Shown here one piece after another: positions 37,388-48,736 of a stretch of DNA of 64,000 nt. Below the pieces are notes generated by a model. That model worked only from the letters and a program-made list of their open reading frames with translations. It did not search any database and had not been told where the DNA came from. The stretch covers positions 4,471,404 to 4,535,403 of the forward strand of contig CAJFCJ010000007.1 in NCBI GenBank assembly GCA_904063045.1, given 5' to 3'. The position numbers and the translations under genes were made by a program. The stretch comes from Dimorphilus gyrociliatus. Taxonomy: Eukaryota > Animalia > Annelida. Each line of letters starts with the position of its first letter. Position 1 is the stretch's first letter.

Positions 37388-40300
37388 AATCATTCTATCT
37401 CTAATTGCTATATTACTGATATATACTCTTATTTAGTTTATGGTCTATGTAACTATCTTTTAACTGACAAAGTAATTATGGAAAATCTTAAAGCATGCAA
37501 TAGCATTTTTTCAGGATTATTTTATATTTTGATGAAACTTAACATCTTTTTTCATAAAACGTTAGAGAAGATAACAAGAACAGAAAATCTCCGTTCGATG
37601 ATAGGACTAGGTGGAGTCCGAAAAATGAGTTTGAATCTGATAGAAAGACCTTATTAAGAAAGAGCCCCTTAGACGACAGAATTGATGATAGACGAAGCAG
37701 TGCGTTGATTTTTACTCTTTCTTCTATCAGCTTAACTAAGCGTTTGTCCATTTTTAGATGGAAGAAGAAGTATAACACCAAAAGATGAAGTGGACTCACG
37801 AAAACCCTTACCTGCAAATCGCTTTGACAGAGGAAGAAAAAGTCCTTTTGGTGCTGAAAATGATAAAGATTTCGGTACGCTAGAATTAATGCAATTATAT
37901 TTTGTTTACAAAAATTCAAGATTAAAAAAAATTATATTATCATTAGATAATAGAAATAGGCGAACACCAAAAGATGAATTTGAGAGAGATAGACCCAAAC
38001 CTTCATATCGAAGCGACAGAGACAGAAAAAGTCCATATGACAAGAAGTCACTAGGTTTGAACAAAGTTCATAACAACCTTTCAGTGCTTCATTATATCTC
38101 TAATCTCTATTTAATAATTTTTTAGCTCAGGATAGTGAAGATGATGATCTAGACTGGGAAAATTATAGAAAGAAGCGACCCGATGATAAGAGATCCTATG
38201 ATAGGGATGATCGTAGAACGCCCAAAGATCATTTTGAAAAGCCTAAGGTACCAAGTCGCATGGATAAAAATAGAAAAAGCCCTCATGGATTAGACAGGGA
38301 TAATGATTATTATGGTAAGATAAGAAAAACCCATTCATTGAAATTTAATAAGTAATTTTTTCAGATAAGAAGAATCAATGGAACGGTCGTGATGACGATG
38401 ATAACTATTATGATCATGGAGGCAGAAACAAACGTGATTTAGACTCAAACGGTAGAGGTAGAAAAACTCATGAAGATTACAGACGAAAACATTCCTTCGG
38501 ATACGATAGCGATGAAGACAAAGACTTTAAGGGTGATAGACGATCGGGTGATGGGACTAGAGACTATAGAGATCGTAAGACACCAGACTTTTCAAGGAGG
38601 AAATCACCAGTCGACGAAAGAGATCGTAAGACACCAGACTTTTCACGGAGGAAATCACCAGTCGACGAAAGAGATCGAAATAAATCAGACTTCTCAAGAC
38701 GATCCCCTTATGATAAGAACGACCGTAAGACACCAGATTTTTCAAGGAGAAAGTCACCAGTAGATAGAAACGACCGTTACCAAGGTACCTATAAAAAACA
38801 CTTTGCTTTATTTGTCTAAAACCCAAAATTTCACAAACAGATGAGAGAAGACGATCAATTACACCAAAAAATACGGAAACGTCAAAATATGGCAGGAGAA
38901 CACCCAAAAACGATAGAGATGATGACAAAGACGAAACTAGATTCCCAAATGGTATAAATATTAAAAATATCCTATTTTGGCAAAACATAATTATTGCGTT
39001 TGCTTAACGCAGAGAGACGGAAGTCTTCAGTATTTGATTTTATGGACGACGATAAAAAATCACCAAAACCAACAAGAAGAAAGAGTATCGAAACTACTGA
39101 AAAAAAATTTCAACCAAGAGTACCAAAAAGGTTTGTTTATCTTCATAAAAGTTAGTTTTAGTATGATGTATGAACAACGATTAATTAGTCTTATTGAATT
39201 TAAATATGCAATAAAATTATTCTAGTAATAAGGGTTAGGGTAAGACAACTATTCAATTGTTTATTCTACAGGAATAAGGAAAAGGACAATTTTGGCGATA
39301 CCGACAAGGAAACTAGGGATAAGGTATTTATCAATTTGTTATTTAAAATATATCAATTACATTATTATTATCAAACAAGGTTTTATTTAAATAAAATTAT
39401 AAAAGAATCAATAAATCAATGTTAAAAAATTTCAATTCTACTCTATTTCAATCATGTTTCATAGCCAAGACCAGCTCAAAGGAATCCGCAAGCAGACGAC
39501 AGTTCTATTTGTCAAGACTTAGAGCATAGCCCTGTTCCTATTCGAAGAAAATCTCTTGAACAGTAATATAACAATTTATCTATTTATATGTTATAGTTGT
39601 TTTTAAATTTTTATTTTAATGTCTACCTTTAGGCCTGCTCCTACTCGTACAGCTCATACTGCAAAATCTAAAATGAATAGTACCGCCATAGATTCCGTAG
39701 CAGATGCCCAATTTCAATTCCAACCTATAGATGCCGATGGCGACAAGACGTTTGTTTTAGAATTTAAAATAAATACGTATACTTAGCGAAAATTTATTTT
39801 CAAAAGGCAAGAGAATGTTGAAGATGACGAAAATGAGAAAAAGAAGAAGGTACGAAAGCATAAGCCAATCCCTCGTTATGGAAAAATTTCAGGTTTCATT
39901 TCTATACTAAATCAATTGTTTAAAGTTAAATCTATATGTAAACGATTTCAGGGTCAAAAACTCTTCCATTAAACACTAATACTGTTGACCTCAGCAGTAC
40001 TTCATCAATTAGAGATGCTGTTTTTAATGAATGGAAGAAAACAAGAGGCAAGGAATATCCATTAAAATTGGCTCAAGAAAAAAAAGAAAGAGAGGAGAAA
40101 GAGTTAAAAGAAATGGAAGAATTAAAGGTTAAGCTATTTCTTTATCTCTTTTTTTCTTAAGTGATTGAACTTGTTGTTTCAATAATTTAGTCTAAAAGAG
40201 AAATGGGTGAAAAGGCGTATCAGCAATGGCTGTTAAACAAAAAGCGTTCAGCTCCAGTCGTTAAAAAGAGAAAAGAAAAGTCAGATGAAGAAAAAAGGCG

Positions 40301-40872
40301 AGATGAAATGGAAGCAAAAGAAATGAAGCGAAAACAGATGGAAAAAGTTTTCGAGGAATGGAAAAAAGAAAAATTGTATCGTGAAAGAGAAGCTAAAAGA
40401 GTAGAAGAGGATAAGAGAAGAGATGAAGAGAGAAAACAAAGAAAAAAATCGGAAGAGAAGGAAGAGAAGAAAGAAAAATTTGATGTGGACCGATGGTAAG
40501 TTACAGTTGACTAAAAAGCCTAAAGACCTAATATATTTAAATAAGAGATTATTACTATTAGGAAAGAGAAAAAGAAAAGAGAAATAGAAAGAAAGAAGTA
40601 CGAAGAGGAACGAAAACAAAGAGAGAAGGAGGAGGAAGAATATCGATTGAATAAGGAAAAAATTGAAAAATCCAATGAGGAGTATGAAGCATGGAGAAAA
40701 CGCAAGGTTTAGTTTATTCAATAAATATTCAATATTAGTAAATTAAAAGCATTCCTCACTTTTTCTTGAATAGGAAACTGAGACTAGACGTAAAAGTGCT
40801 TCAAGAATACAATTTTCTGAAGACAGAGCACCTTTTAGACCGGCATCTTCAACTATACCATTTGGAAGGTAA
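35948..40872 (+). CDS. MAP9/ASAP-like microtubule-associated protein with a long D/R/K/S low-complexity N-terminal region (many short exons)
   Basis: ATG at 35948 and many short introns. The C-terminal charged helical region has periodic Trp (AVFNEWKK, AYQQWLLNKK, VFEEWKKEK, EYEAWRKRK) and ends APFRPASSTIPFGR*, resembling the MAP9 C-terminus as recalled. Confidence 0.7.
37354..37386. repeat. (TATC)n tetranucleotide microsatellite in a MAP9-like intron
   Basis: atctatctatctatctatctatctatctatc. Confidence 0.9.
38568..38778 (+). repeat. Coding tandem repeat, 51-bp unit (RDRKTPDFSRRKSPVDE), two near-perfect copies plus two degenerate copies
   Basis: agagatcgtaagacaccagacttttc...ccagtcgacgaa occurs at 38568-38618 and 38619-38669, followed by diverged copies. 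Confidence 0.9.
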
Positions 40873-41220
40873 TAGAATTGAATATCAAAGAAGTTAAAAT
40901 ACGTTATATCTAACTCTTTTCCATAATTAAGAATGTCGTCGTTTAAAAATAATCATTAAGAGATTATTTAATTGTTTCTATATATAAAATCTCTATCTTT
41001 TTCAATTAGCAATTCTAAAACAATACTTTACTTATTTTTTATAATAACTAGATCTATTTTTTAATGTACTTTTAAAAAATAACAATAATTAACCAACTTA
41101 ATTCTCGATACCGTCCTTATTCAAGCAAATATACGTTTTGAATACTACTATTTATTTTATTTCTATTGTTAATGTCTTCTATTGGTGTCTACACTTTTTA
41201 ATTATTTATTATATTATTAT

Positions 41221-42751
41221 TTAATTCTAATAAATTTATAGAAAAAAGTAAATAATTTGATGTTTGATTGTATTAGAATAGTTAAAAACTTATTAAAGGT
41301 TTCTGTTGATCAACTGGCAATACATTTTCGTTCTCTTTCTACATGTTAAAAGACAGCAATAGTATTAAAGAAACATTTGACTGGCTTAATTATTACCTTA
41401 AATATGTCAACAAACACATACAAATACTTTCTACATTTTTATTGACTAATTATTAAAAGTGAACTCTGAATCTTCTCTTATGAGTATTGTGCCTCTTTTT
41501 TTCTAAAATTGACAAATTGACAATCCTGCCTTTCGATAGCTTTTCTTATATACCTCGACACTTTCAAAGTGAATATTTTTCTACGAGTTTACCAATTCTT
41601 TCAAAAGGTAGATGTTACACGTTTCACAATTAATTAATGAATCAGGACTATTTGGATACAATGAACATAGTTCTGTTAAACTATTATAAATTACAGCAAC
41701 ACAGGATGTGGCTATTTCACAAAAAAATGCACAATTAATAACTGATCGACTCTTCAACTTATCCAGAATTGTTGGTGACGTTGAATCGAACTTCCTTTTC
41801 ACCAAAACATATATTGGACTTTTCTCTATGAAATTCAACGTGATTAATTTGAATATTAAAATATCTATAGAAATTTACCAGGTAATTCTGCTGTTGTTGT
41901 TGATGGGACGGCTGTTGTTGTTGGAGCGCTTGTCGTTTCTTTAATGACGAAACAGTAAATTAGTATAGTTAGAATATAATAAAACACAACCATAATACTC
42001 TGAGTTGTAGTTTCTTCGAAGAAAAGCTCCGACGGAGTTGTTGGTGCCATTATTGTTGTATCTTCAGTAGTTAGAAATTGTTTTTCCTCAAAATAAACAT
42101 ATTTTTATAATAATTAACATCTTTTATATGTTTAAGTGCTATTATTACTTTTTGGCACATAACACCGTTCAAATCAGAGCGATTTTGTTCAACCCAAATT
42201 CCATTGGTTACTCCTCCTTGAGATAGTTTCATTGCAAATGCTTCATCTACCTTGGGTACGTTGCCAGCAAAAAACCAATATAGCAATTTTGTTCCATCGT
42301 CGTAACGATTGCGTAATATATAGCCATCGTTTGTTTTATTCTCTGAAATGTTTAAGTGTTCTATTTATAGAAGAAGAAAGCAGAGCAAACTTACCAAAGT
42401 CTCTAACTCCCAACCAGTAACCACTTTTGATATTTGGATTTTGTATCCCTTGTAATAAAGATTGCACGTCGGTATTTTCTATCGCCGACTTTATTCTAAC
42501 CATTGTAAGTCCTTTTGCAGAACAAAACGACCTGAAAGTTAATGTACTTGTTAAAATCATTACATCTATCTTCATATTAAACTTACAAAGTATCTTCCCA
42601 CGTTTTACTTATAGATTGATTTATATAGTAGCAAAAATTTCCAAGAGGTCCTTCCCCCCAGCCAGTGGCAGTTGGACATTGGCAATCAATTTGAGGATAG
42701 AGATGACGAATTAGAAGATAAACCAAGATAAAATTTTTCATCATAATTAAC
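41221..42751. repeat. Segmental duplication copy B (partner 32367-33897)
   Basis: Same sequence as copy A. Identity stops abruptly after ...tcatcataattaac. Confidence 0.97.
41581..42744 (-). CDS. C-type-lectin-like + Thr-rich + PAN/apple-like protein, copy B
   Basis: Exon structure identical to copy A, with one noticed coding change in the signal region (TCG Ser in A, TTG Leu in B). Confidence 0.75.
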
Positions 42752-43924
42752 CGAGTTCCTTGTGAAGACTGAAAGAACGATATTGAGATTCGGCCATTTG
42801 TTAATTTGATAGCATAAGAAGGTTACTTGTGTTTGCGTTTCAGGCTAAGTAATAAAAAGTTATTTTGAGGAATACAGTAACCGTAGGATATTGATCGAAA
42901 CGTTTTTGTTTTAAAAGGAAAGGGATCAATTGAAACGATTCAGTTTTTTTTGTCTTAAAAGAACGTTTTAATAGAAATAAAAGTAAATTAAGTAAGCGTT
43001 AATTATTATAATTGAAACATTTTAAACGAGTTTTATCTGACATTCTTGTAATAATAGAGGATAGAATCTGTTCAACGAACCGGAAGAAATAATTGTATGA
43101 AAATCATCATCATTTTTTCATTCAAACTATTCAAGATCAATTCGAATTTTATAGAATTTTTATGCAATTTGCGTCTATGTTCAAATTAATTATCTATTTA
43201 TCTATTTTGATTTAACAATTTGTAATGTGAAGTTGGTTTGGTACGAAGATAATTTTAGTACTGTTTTACATGAATGAATTTTTTTTATATGTAATAGATG
43301 ACGACCTTCGTTCTTACCTGGAAAAGCCGATTCGCTCTAAGAGTGATTAAGAGCAGTCTTGGTGAATCTATTAATGAATTAACTAAGTCTTTTGTATTGT
43401 AATTTTTGTATCAATTTTTTTGTCGTGTTAATGTAGCATTTCATAAGTTTAATGAACTTAAAATTGAAGAACAAAGGGAAAAGTCTTGTATAAAACAATA
43501 AAGAATCAATATAAAATTACTTTAAATTAAGATGTTGTCATAAGTGTAAAACTTAATAGCCTAACAATTGTATTAAATTACATAAAAATACTTTTATTCA
43601 TTAATGTCTTCTAAGAGTAATTAATTGATAAAAGTTCTTTTCCTAGTAAGTCTCTATTGAAAGTTGAGCTTGAAAGATTTCAAGGTTTTTTAACCTTTCA
43701 ACAAGTAACTCTCATTAAAGAAAATATAACAATTACTGCTTAAAATATAAATAAAATGTTACATTTAACAGAATCATATTTACCATTCAGTGTATGCCGG
43801 CTAAATTCTCATTTATAAGTAGAATGACGTTAATTTTATTCAAAGGATTTACTTTTATTCGACCAATAGGAATGTTCATAGGCCTTTCTGTTCTTGATAC
43901 TGGGTAGCAGACGACGAGGTTAAC

Positions 43925-44965
43925 ATGTCGAAGCGAAATATATTAAAAATTACTTTACCTAAAAATAATTTCCCTGTGTCAAATGAATTGAAAAATAAAG
44001 AACTAAGGAAGAGATTAATTGAATTAAATGATCCGCTGATATTAGTAATAGGATGGGCAGGTGGTATAGACAAGTACGTTTCCAAGTATAGCGATATTTG
44101 GGAAGAAAAGAACTGCATCACAGCTAGATATTGTGTATCGGCAGCTGATGGGTTTTCTTCTAAAGATACTGGAACTCTTGCCGCAGCAAACATAGTTGAA
44201 GAGTTACAAGAACGTTTGGGAGTTGAAAAGCGCCCTGTTCTCATACATTCTTTTAGGTACTTTTCTTATATAAGAATCCTGAGGTCATAAACTGGGTTTC
44301 TAAACTATCCGACGCCCTTTTTAAAATTTAATTAATATCGTTCAATTAAATAAAAATCAATTTAATAAGATAGTTATATTGTTAAATACTTCATCCATAG
44401 CTTGATATTAATTAACTTATCTAATAATGAATTTAAATTTTTCAACAGTAATGGCGGAGGATCCATCTACAGACGTTTAGTACAAAATGATAATTACAAG
44501 GAATTGAAAATTATAGGAAGTATTATTGACTCTGCACCTGGTAAAAGGAGATTACTGGGTGGAATAAATGCCGTTAACTCAACTTTAATTGCAATGAACG
44601 CACCTTTATTATACAGATATGCAAAAGTTGCTGTTTTTATCTTAAGAAGTGTTTTAAAAGCTATTTGGCAAACTTTTTGGGGTAAAGTCGACCATGTTTA
44701 CAAAGGTTTAATACATATTCCTGTAAGATGGCCGGAAGGATACATATACAGCGAGAAAGATGATGTCATATACGCTGATGATGTTAGGGAATTTATTGAT
44801 AACAGAAAAAGAAAGGCGGGTGGTAGCTTCGATATTGAAACATTACAGTTAAAAGATTCGGATCATGTACAACATTTACGAAAATATCCGATATTGTATA
44901 AAGAATTTTGCTTTAATTTCTTTGATAAAGCCTTTACGATTTATAATCAAAATGCTAAATTATAA
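43925..44965 (+). CDS. TMEM53: TMEM53 / DUF829 alpha-beta-hydrolase-fold protein, 2 exons (43925-44256, 44449-44965)
   Basis: Motifs LVIGWAGG.DKYVSKYS, the spliced HSF-S-NGG, IIDSAPG, YIYSEKDDVI and SDHVQHLRKYP. Confidence 0.88.
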
Positions 44966-45400
44966 ATATTCTATTAGTAGTAATTAGATCCTTACCTTTC
45001 CTTTACAATTGAACTTATTTATTGTAAGTTATGTAATTCGATAAATAAATACAGAAATGTGAGAATTTTTCACCAGATGGAGCTATCGTATAGATTTAAA
45101 ATAGATGGCAGCACATTAGGAAAGCCGGCAAAAATTAAATGAAAACGAACACCACAATGGTAAAATAGTCTGAGAGCATCTAGAACGACGCTTGAAAAAA
45201 GTACTTTTCGAAAAAAAGAGCTGATTAGATAAGAAAATTTTATGATTATCTGATAAAAATTTGTGAAAGTTAAACAGTATTTGGATTAAGAACGAAGATA
45301 TACAACTACTTTATTTAGATTATCTTACAAGAGGAATACGAATATATTAATATATATTTATAGAAACAAGATATTATACCTGGATGACAAAAAGAACAAA

Positions 45401-47639
45401 ATGAAAATTCTATTAGTATATTTATTAATAATTGGTTTACAAGAGATATTTTGTAAGGTGAGTAATTATTACATTAGCAGTAGAATTCATAGAAGAGAAG
45501 TTACCTATATGTTTGTTATTAATATATAGAAAGGTCTTTGTGAAAGACACACAAATTATTAATAAAAAACATCATGTAAGAAAATTTCTTAAGTAAATAT
45601 ACTTTTCATTTGTAGCCCATTCATGGGCAGGAAACTGTTTTTAGCTTATACAACTCCTTCAGTACTCTTCTCTCTCTCTCTCTCTCCCTTCGTCTTATCT
45701 TTAATGTTTGAATATTATATTATAAATACACTATGTATATTGGAAAATATAAGGGAGTGGGAGTAGAGTCTTTGAACGTATGAGATTATAAAAGAAATTT
45801 ATGTGTATTATCAACCGTAGTGCATAGAATTTTTAAAGAAGAATAGAGAAAAAAAAACGGCTCTCTTTTATCCATCCGTTCAAGCTTTTTCTCCTCTTTT
45901 ATATCTTTCCCACAAAACTGTTTTATTTGTTGTAAACAATTTTATGTTTGTTCAATGTAAACTTCGACCAACGTCCTCTTTAACCACGAGAGTATTAAGG
46001 CAAGAAAAAGTGAGTTTTCTCTTTCTTATATGTAAATGGCATCTGGCAACTTCTTTTTCTTCTACGGTTCATTAATATTCAAGAGTTTTTTAGAGGGATT
46101 TTTCTTTATGTCTCGCAACCAATCAAAATGCATTATGGCCCCCCACCTCCGTTTCCTTCCCTTTTTAAGCGTAACCTTTATCGTTTATTTCCACTAACGC
46201 CTATTAACACCTGGCACTAAAAGAGAGGAGAGAGGTTGAGAGAGTAAAGAGGGCAGACCGTAGGTGGATAGGAGGCGGGTGCAAAAGATAACAAGATAAA
46301 TTTCATTTAGATGCAATTTCTTACCTATATATATTAGTTAGTGGGCTAAAACGATTCCTTTTATAAGTTAACCTATTGGACTAAGCTAAATTTCGAATAG
46401 TTTTCAATAGTAGGAGCTATTCCTATCAGATTTTCGGATTGAATAGACTTTGACATTTCAATTTTTCCGACCATCTCAACCATTAATAGATGTTTTTGTG
46501 CGTGAAAAATTACATACTGACCGTAAGAAATCTCCTTTCTAAGCTCTCTTTCTTCTATTACTAATATCAAGCGTTCGGAAAAATTTTCTTGTTTCCACCT
46601 CAGCTTTAGCTGATCTTACGTAAGACGTTTGTTCAAGAATTTGAACAAATACCTTTTACCTATAGTTCGAGTGTTAATTATCTACAACATATTACGTAAC
46701 ACTTGATAATCGATTTCGAATAAGTGGTTAAAATTTTTTCTCATTGAATGTTTATATTATTTATTTAACTAGGTCGAACTACCAAAGTTTAAACAATTAA
46801 AACTTCTTTATCCTGGATACGACCGATTCGGAGGCAATTACAATAACTCTAAAATTAAGAAAACAATAGGTAATCAAGCACCTAAACTGAGAATACACAA
46901 TACGGCGTCATTGAGGTTATCTTATACACTTAACCGCTACTCTGGACGACATACAATCGAAAATCCGCCGAGCTATATAGTGGGAAAGAACAGAAAGCGT
47001 TATATCTACAAAGTAACTGAATTTTCAAAATATCTCTCTGAGAAATATGGAGATCCATTAGTTATTAAGGATGCAAATAAAATAAAAGATCAACAGGGTA
47101 TATTAATAGTTTTCTCAACTGGAAGAAGAAATTACATTGGACTATGGGATTGTGGAAAAGTATTTCAATCAAGAAATATATTTAGAAGGAAGCGTAATAT
47201 AAGAAAAATTGAATTTTGGTCAAGTCCGGGTAAGCTATATTTCTATATTTTATTACTAACTGTTATATCTGAATATATATAGTATAGAATTATACAACGA
47301 CAGTTAACATACTTAATTATTCCATTTTCTTTAAAAACTCAACTTTTTAACCTTTGTTTACAAACATACGAGTACGATTTACTATCATCTGAAATTCTAT
47401 AGTATATTTTAATAATAGTAATAAATAAGCTATTGTATTCTATTATTAAATCCTTTTCGTCATTTTGTTTATTTATTCGATACAATATTAATATATATAT
47501 ATATATATATATTGTATAATATACACAATTTGTTAAACATATTATTTTTCTATTTATAGATTCGTTCTGCTTCAAAACAAACAAATCATCAGTCTTTAAA
47601 AGGATTCCCCTTAAATTTGGTAAAGGGAAGAAGGCTTAG
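45401..47639 (+). CDS. Secreted homologue of T6SS peptidoglycan amidase effector Tae4 (domesticated amidase effector, Dae4-like), predicted catalytically inactive; 197 aa, 3 exons (45401-45457, 46773-47229, 47560-47639)
   Basis: Signal peptide MKILLVYLLIIGLQEIFCK with donor AAG|GTGAGT, in frame with the acceptor actag|gtc. The domain is colinear with recalled Tae4 blocks: NTASLRLSYTLN vs NACPIRMSYVLN; VGKNRKRYIYKV vs TGSDKKRYMFRV; QQGILIVF vs KQGIIIF; NYIGLW vs GHVTLW; FWSS vs FWSL. Confidence 0.85.
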
Positions 47640-48736
47640 ATTTCTCATTACTTGTTTTCCCCCTACCACTACTACAGTTCCTCCCATCTACACAACGCTA
47701 TAGTCTCGCTTCTAAAACTTGCAAAAATGTTCTCCTTATTTCTTCTTTGTTCTTATGTTTTACAGTTGGCTGTCTAGTCATAAACTTATTATACTGTATT
47801 AAATGAAAATAAGAATAAAATAAGTATCTAGTATTATTAGATGTTATGATAGTAGCGTATATCTTATTTGTTGCTTTCTCTTGCACCAGAGGTCACTGCT
47901 GTGACTGTATTATACCTACATAAGTGAACAAGCAATATTTTAAATTTCTAAAAAAATAAATGAATAATACACTCCTAGCCTGAGTGAGCTAAGATGGCGC
48001 CACTTTAGTTATAGTAGATTTTAGATGTTCAATTTCTCGGAACGAACTTCAGCAAAAGTTTTCAATGTACCTTGCTATATTGGAATTTATCAATTATTAC
48101 ATAAAATATGTAACATGTGTAGTGTGAATAGAAGAAGTGAAGAAGAAAAAGGTTTATTATAGGGATAGAGTTGAAACATACGAAGAAAATAAATCAAAGA
48201 GAGAAACTGTCCTAGTAGTCATTAAAAGCTAATTACTAATACAGATAGACGAATCTTAAAGTTATATAAAATTCTTTTGAAATTAACATACGACTAGCTG
48301 CGGAATATATCAGTAGATATAAAGAAAATAAACCTAATTAGCATATTATCCCTTTAATTCTAAGGGAAGAATTTTCGTTTATTATAAGACTCTATTAATT
48401 ATCGTAATTATAGTTTATCTTGGGTTGATATATAATAAAGACTACATTCAATTTAGAATTGTGGAGTACTACGAATGGGGTTTATCTTATTTCTATCTAA
48501 TTGAATAACTAAATAATTAACTGTAATAGTAATAAGATGAAGGGAGGCTCTATTTTTGGCATTTTATATTTTACCTCTTAGGAGCTATTCTAGCAAATAC
48601 TTAGAAAACTTACAAAAGCTTCTCGTGTGGAATTTTATTTATTCGTAAAGAGAAGAACTGATAGGCTCAAACTTGTAATTTTTTTATACATATAAAGAAG
48701 GGGAAGTATTCATACCTTTATTTATAAGAGAATTTC

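Noticed and set aside
38470-38763. ORF-track protein with HQTFQGGNHQSTKEIVR repeats
   Set aside because: Wrong frame of the MAP9-like exon; the spliced frame reads RDRKTPDFSRRKSPVDE.
38568-38778. Possible CRISPR-like array
   Set aside because: Repeats are contiguous with no unique spacers, lie inside a spliced eukaryotic exon and are a multiple of 3 in length.
46373-46570. Minus-strand 65-aa ORF in the Tae4-like intron
   Set aside because: Non-ATG start, no domain, no compatible splice partners.
45401-47639. Bacterial contamination as the source of the Tae4-like sequence
   Set aside because: It has spliceosomal introns in matching phases, a eukaryotic signal-peptide exon, host-like AT content and eukaryotic neighbours.
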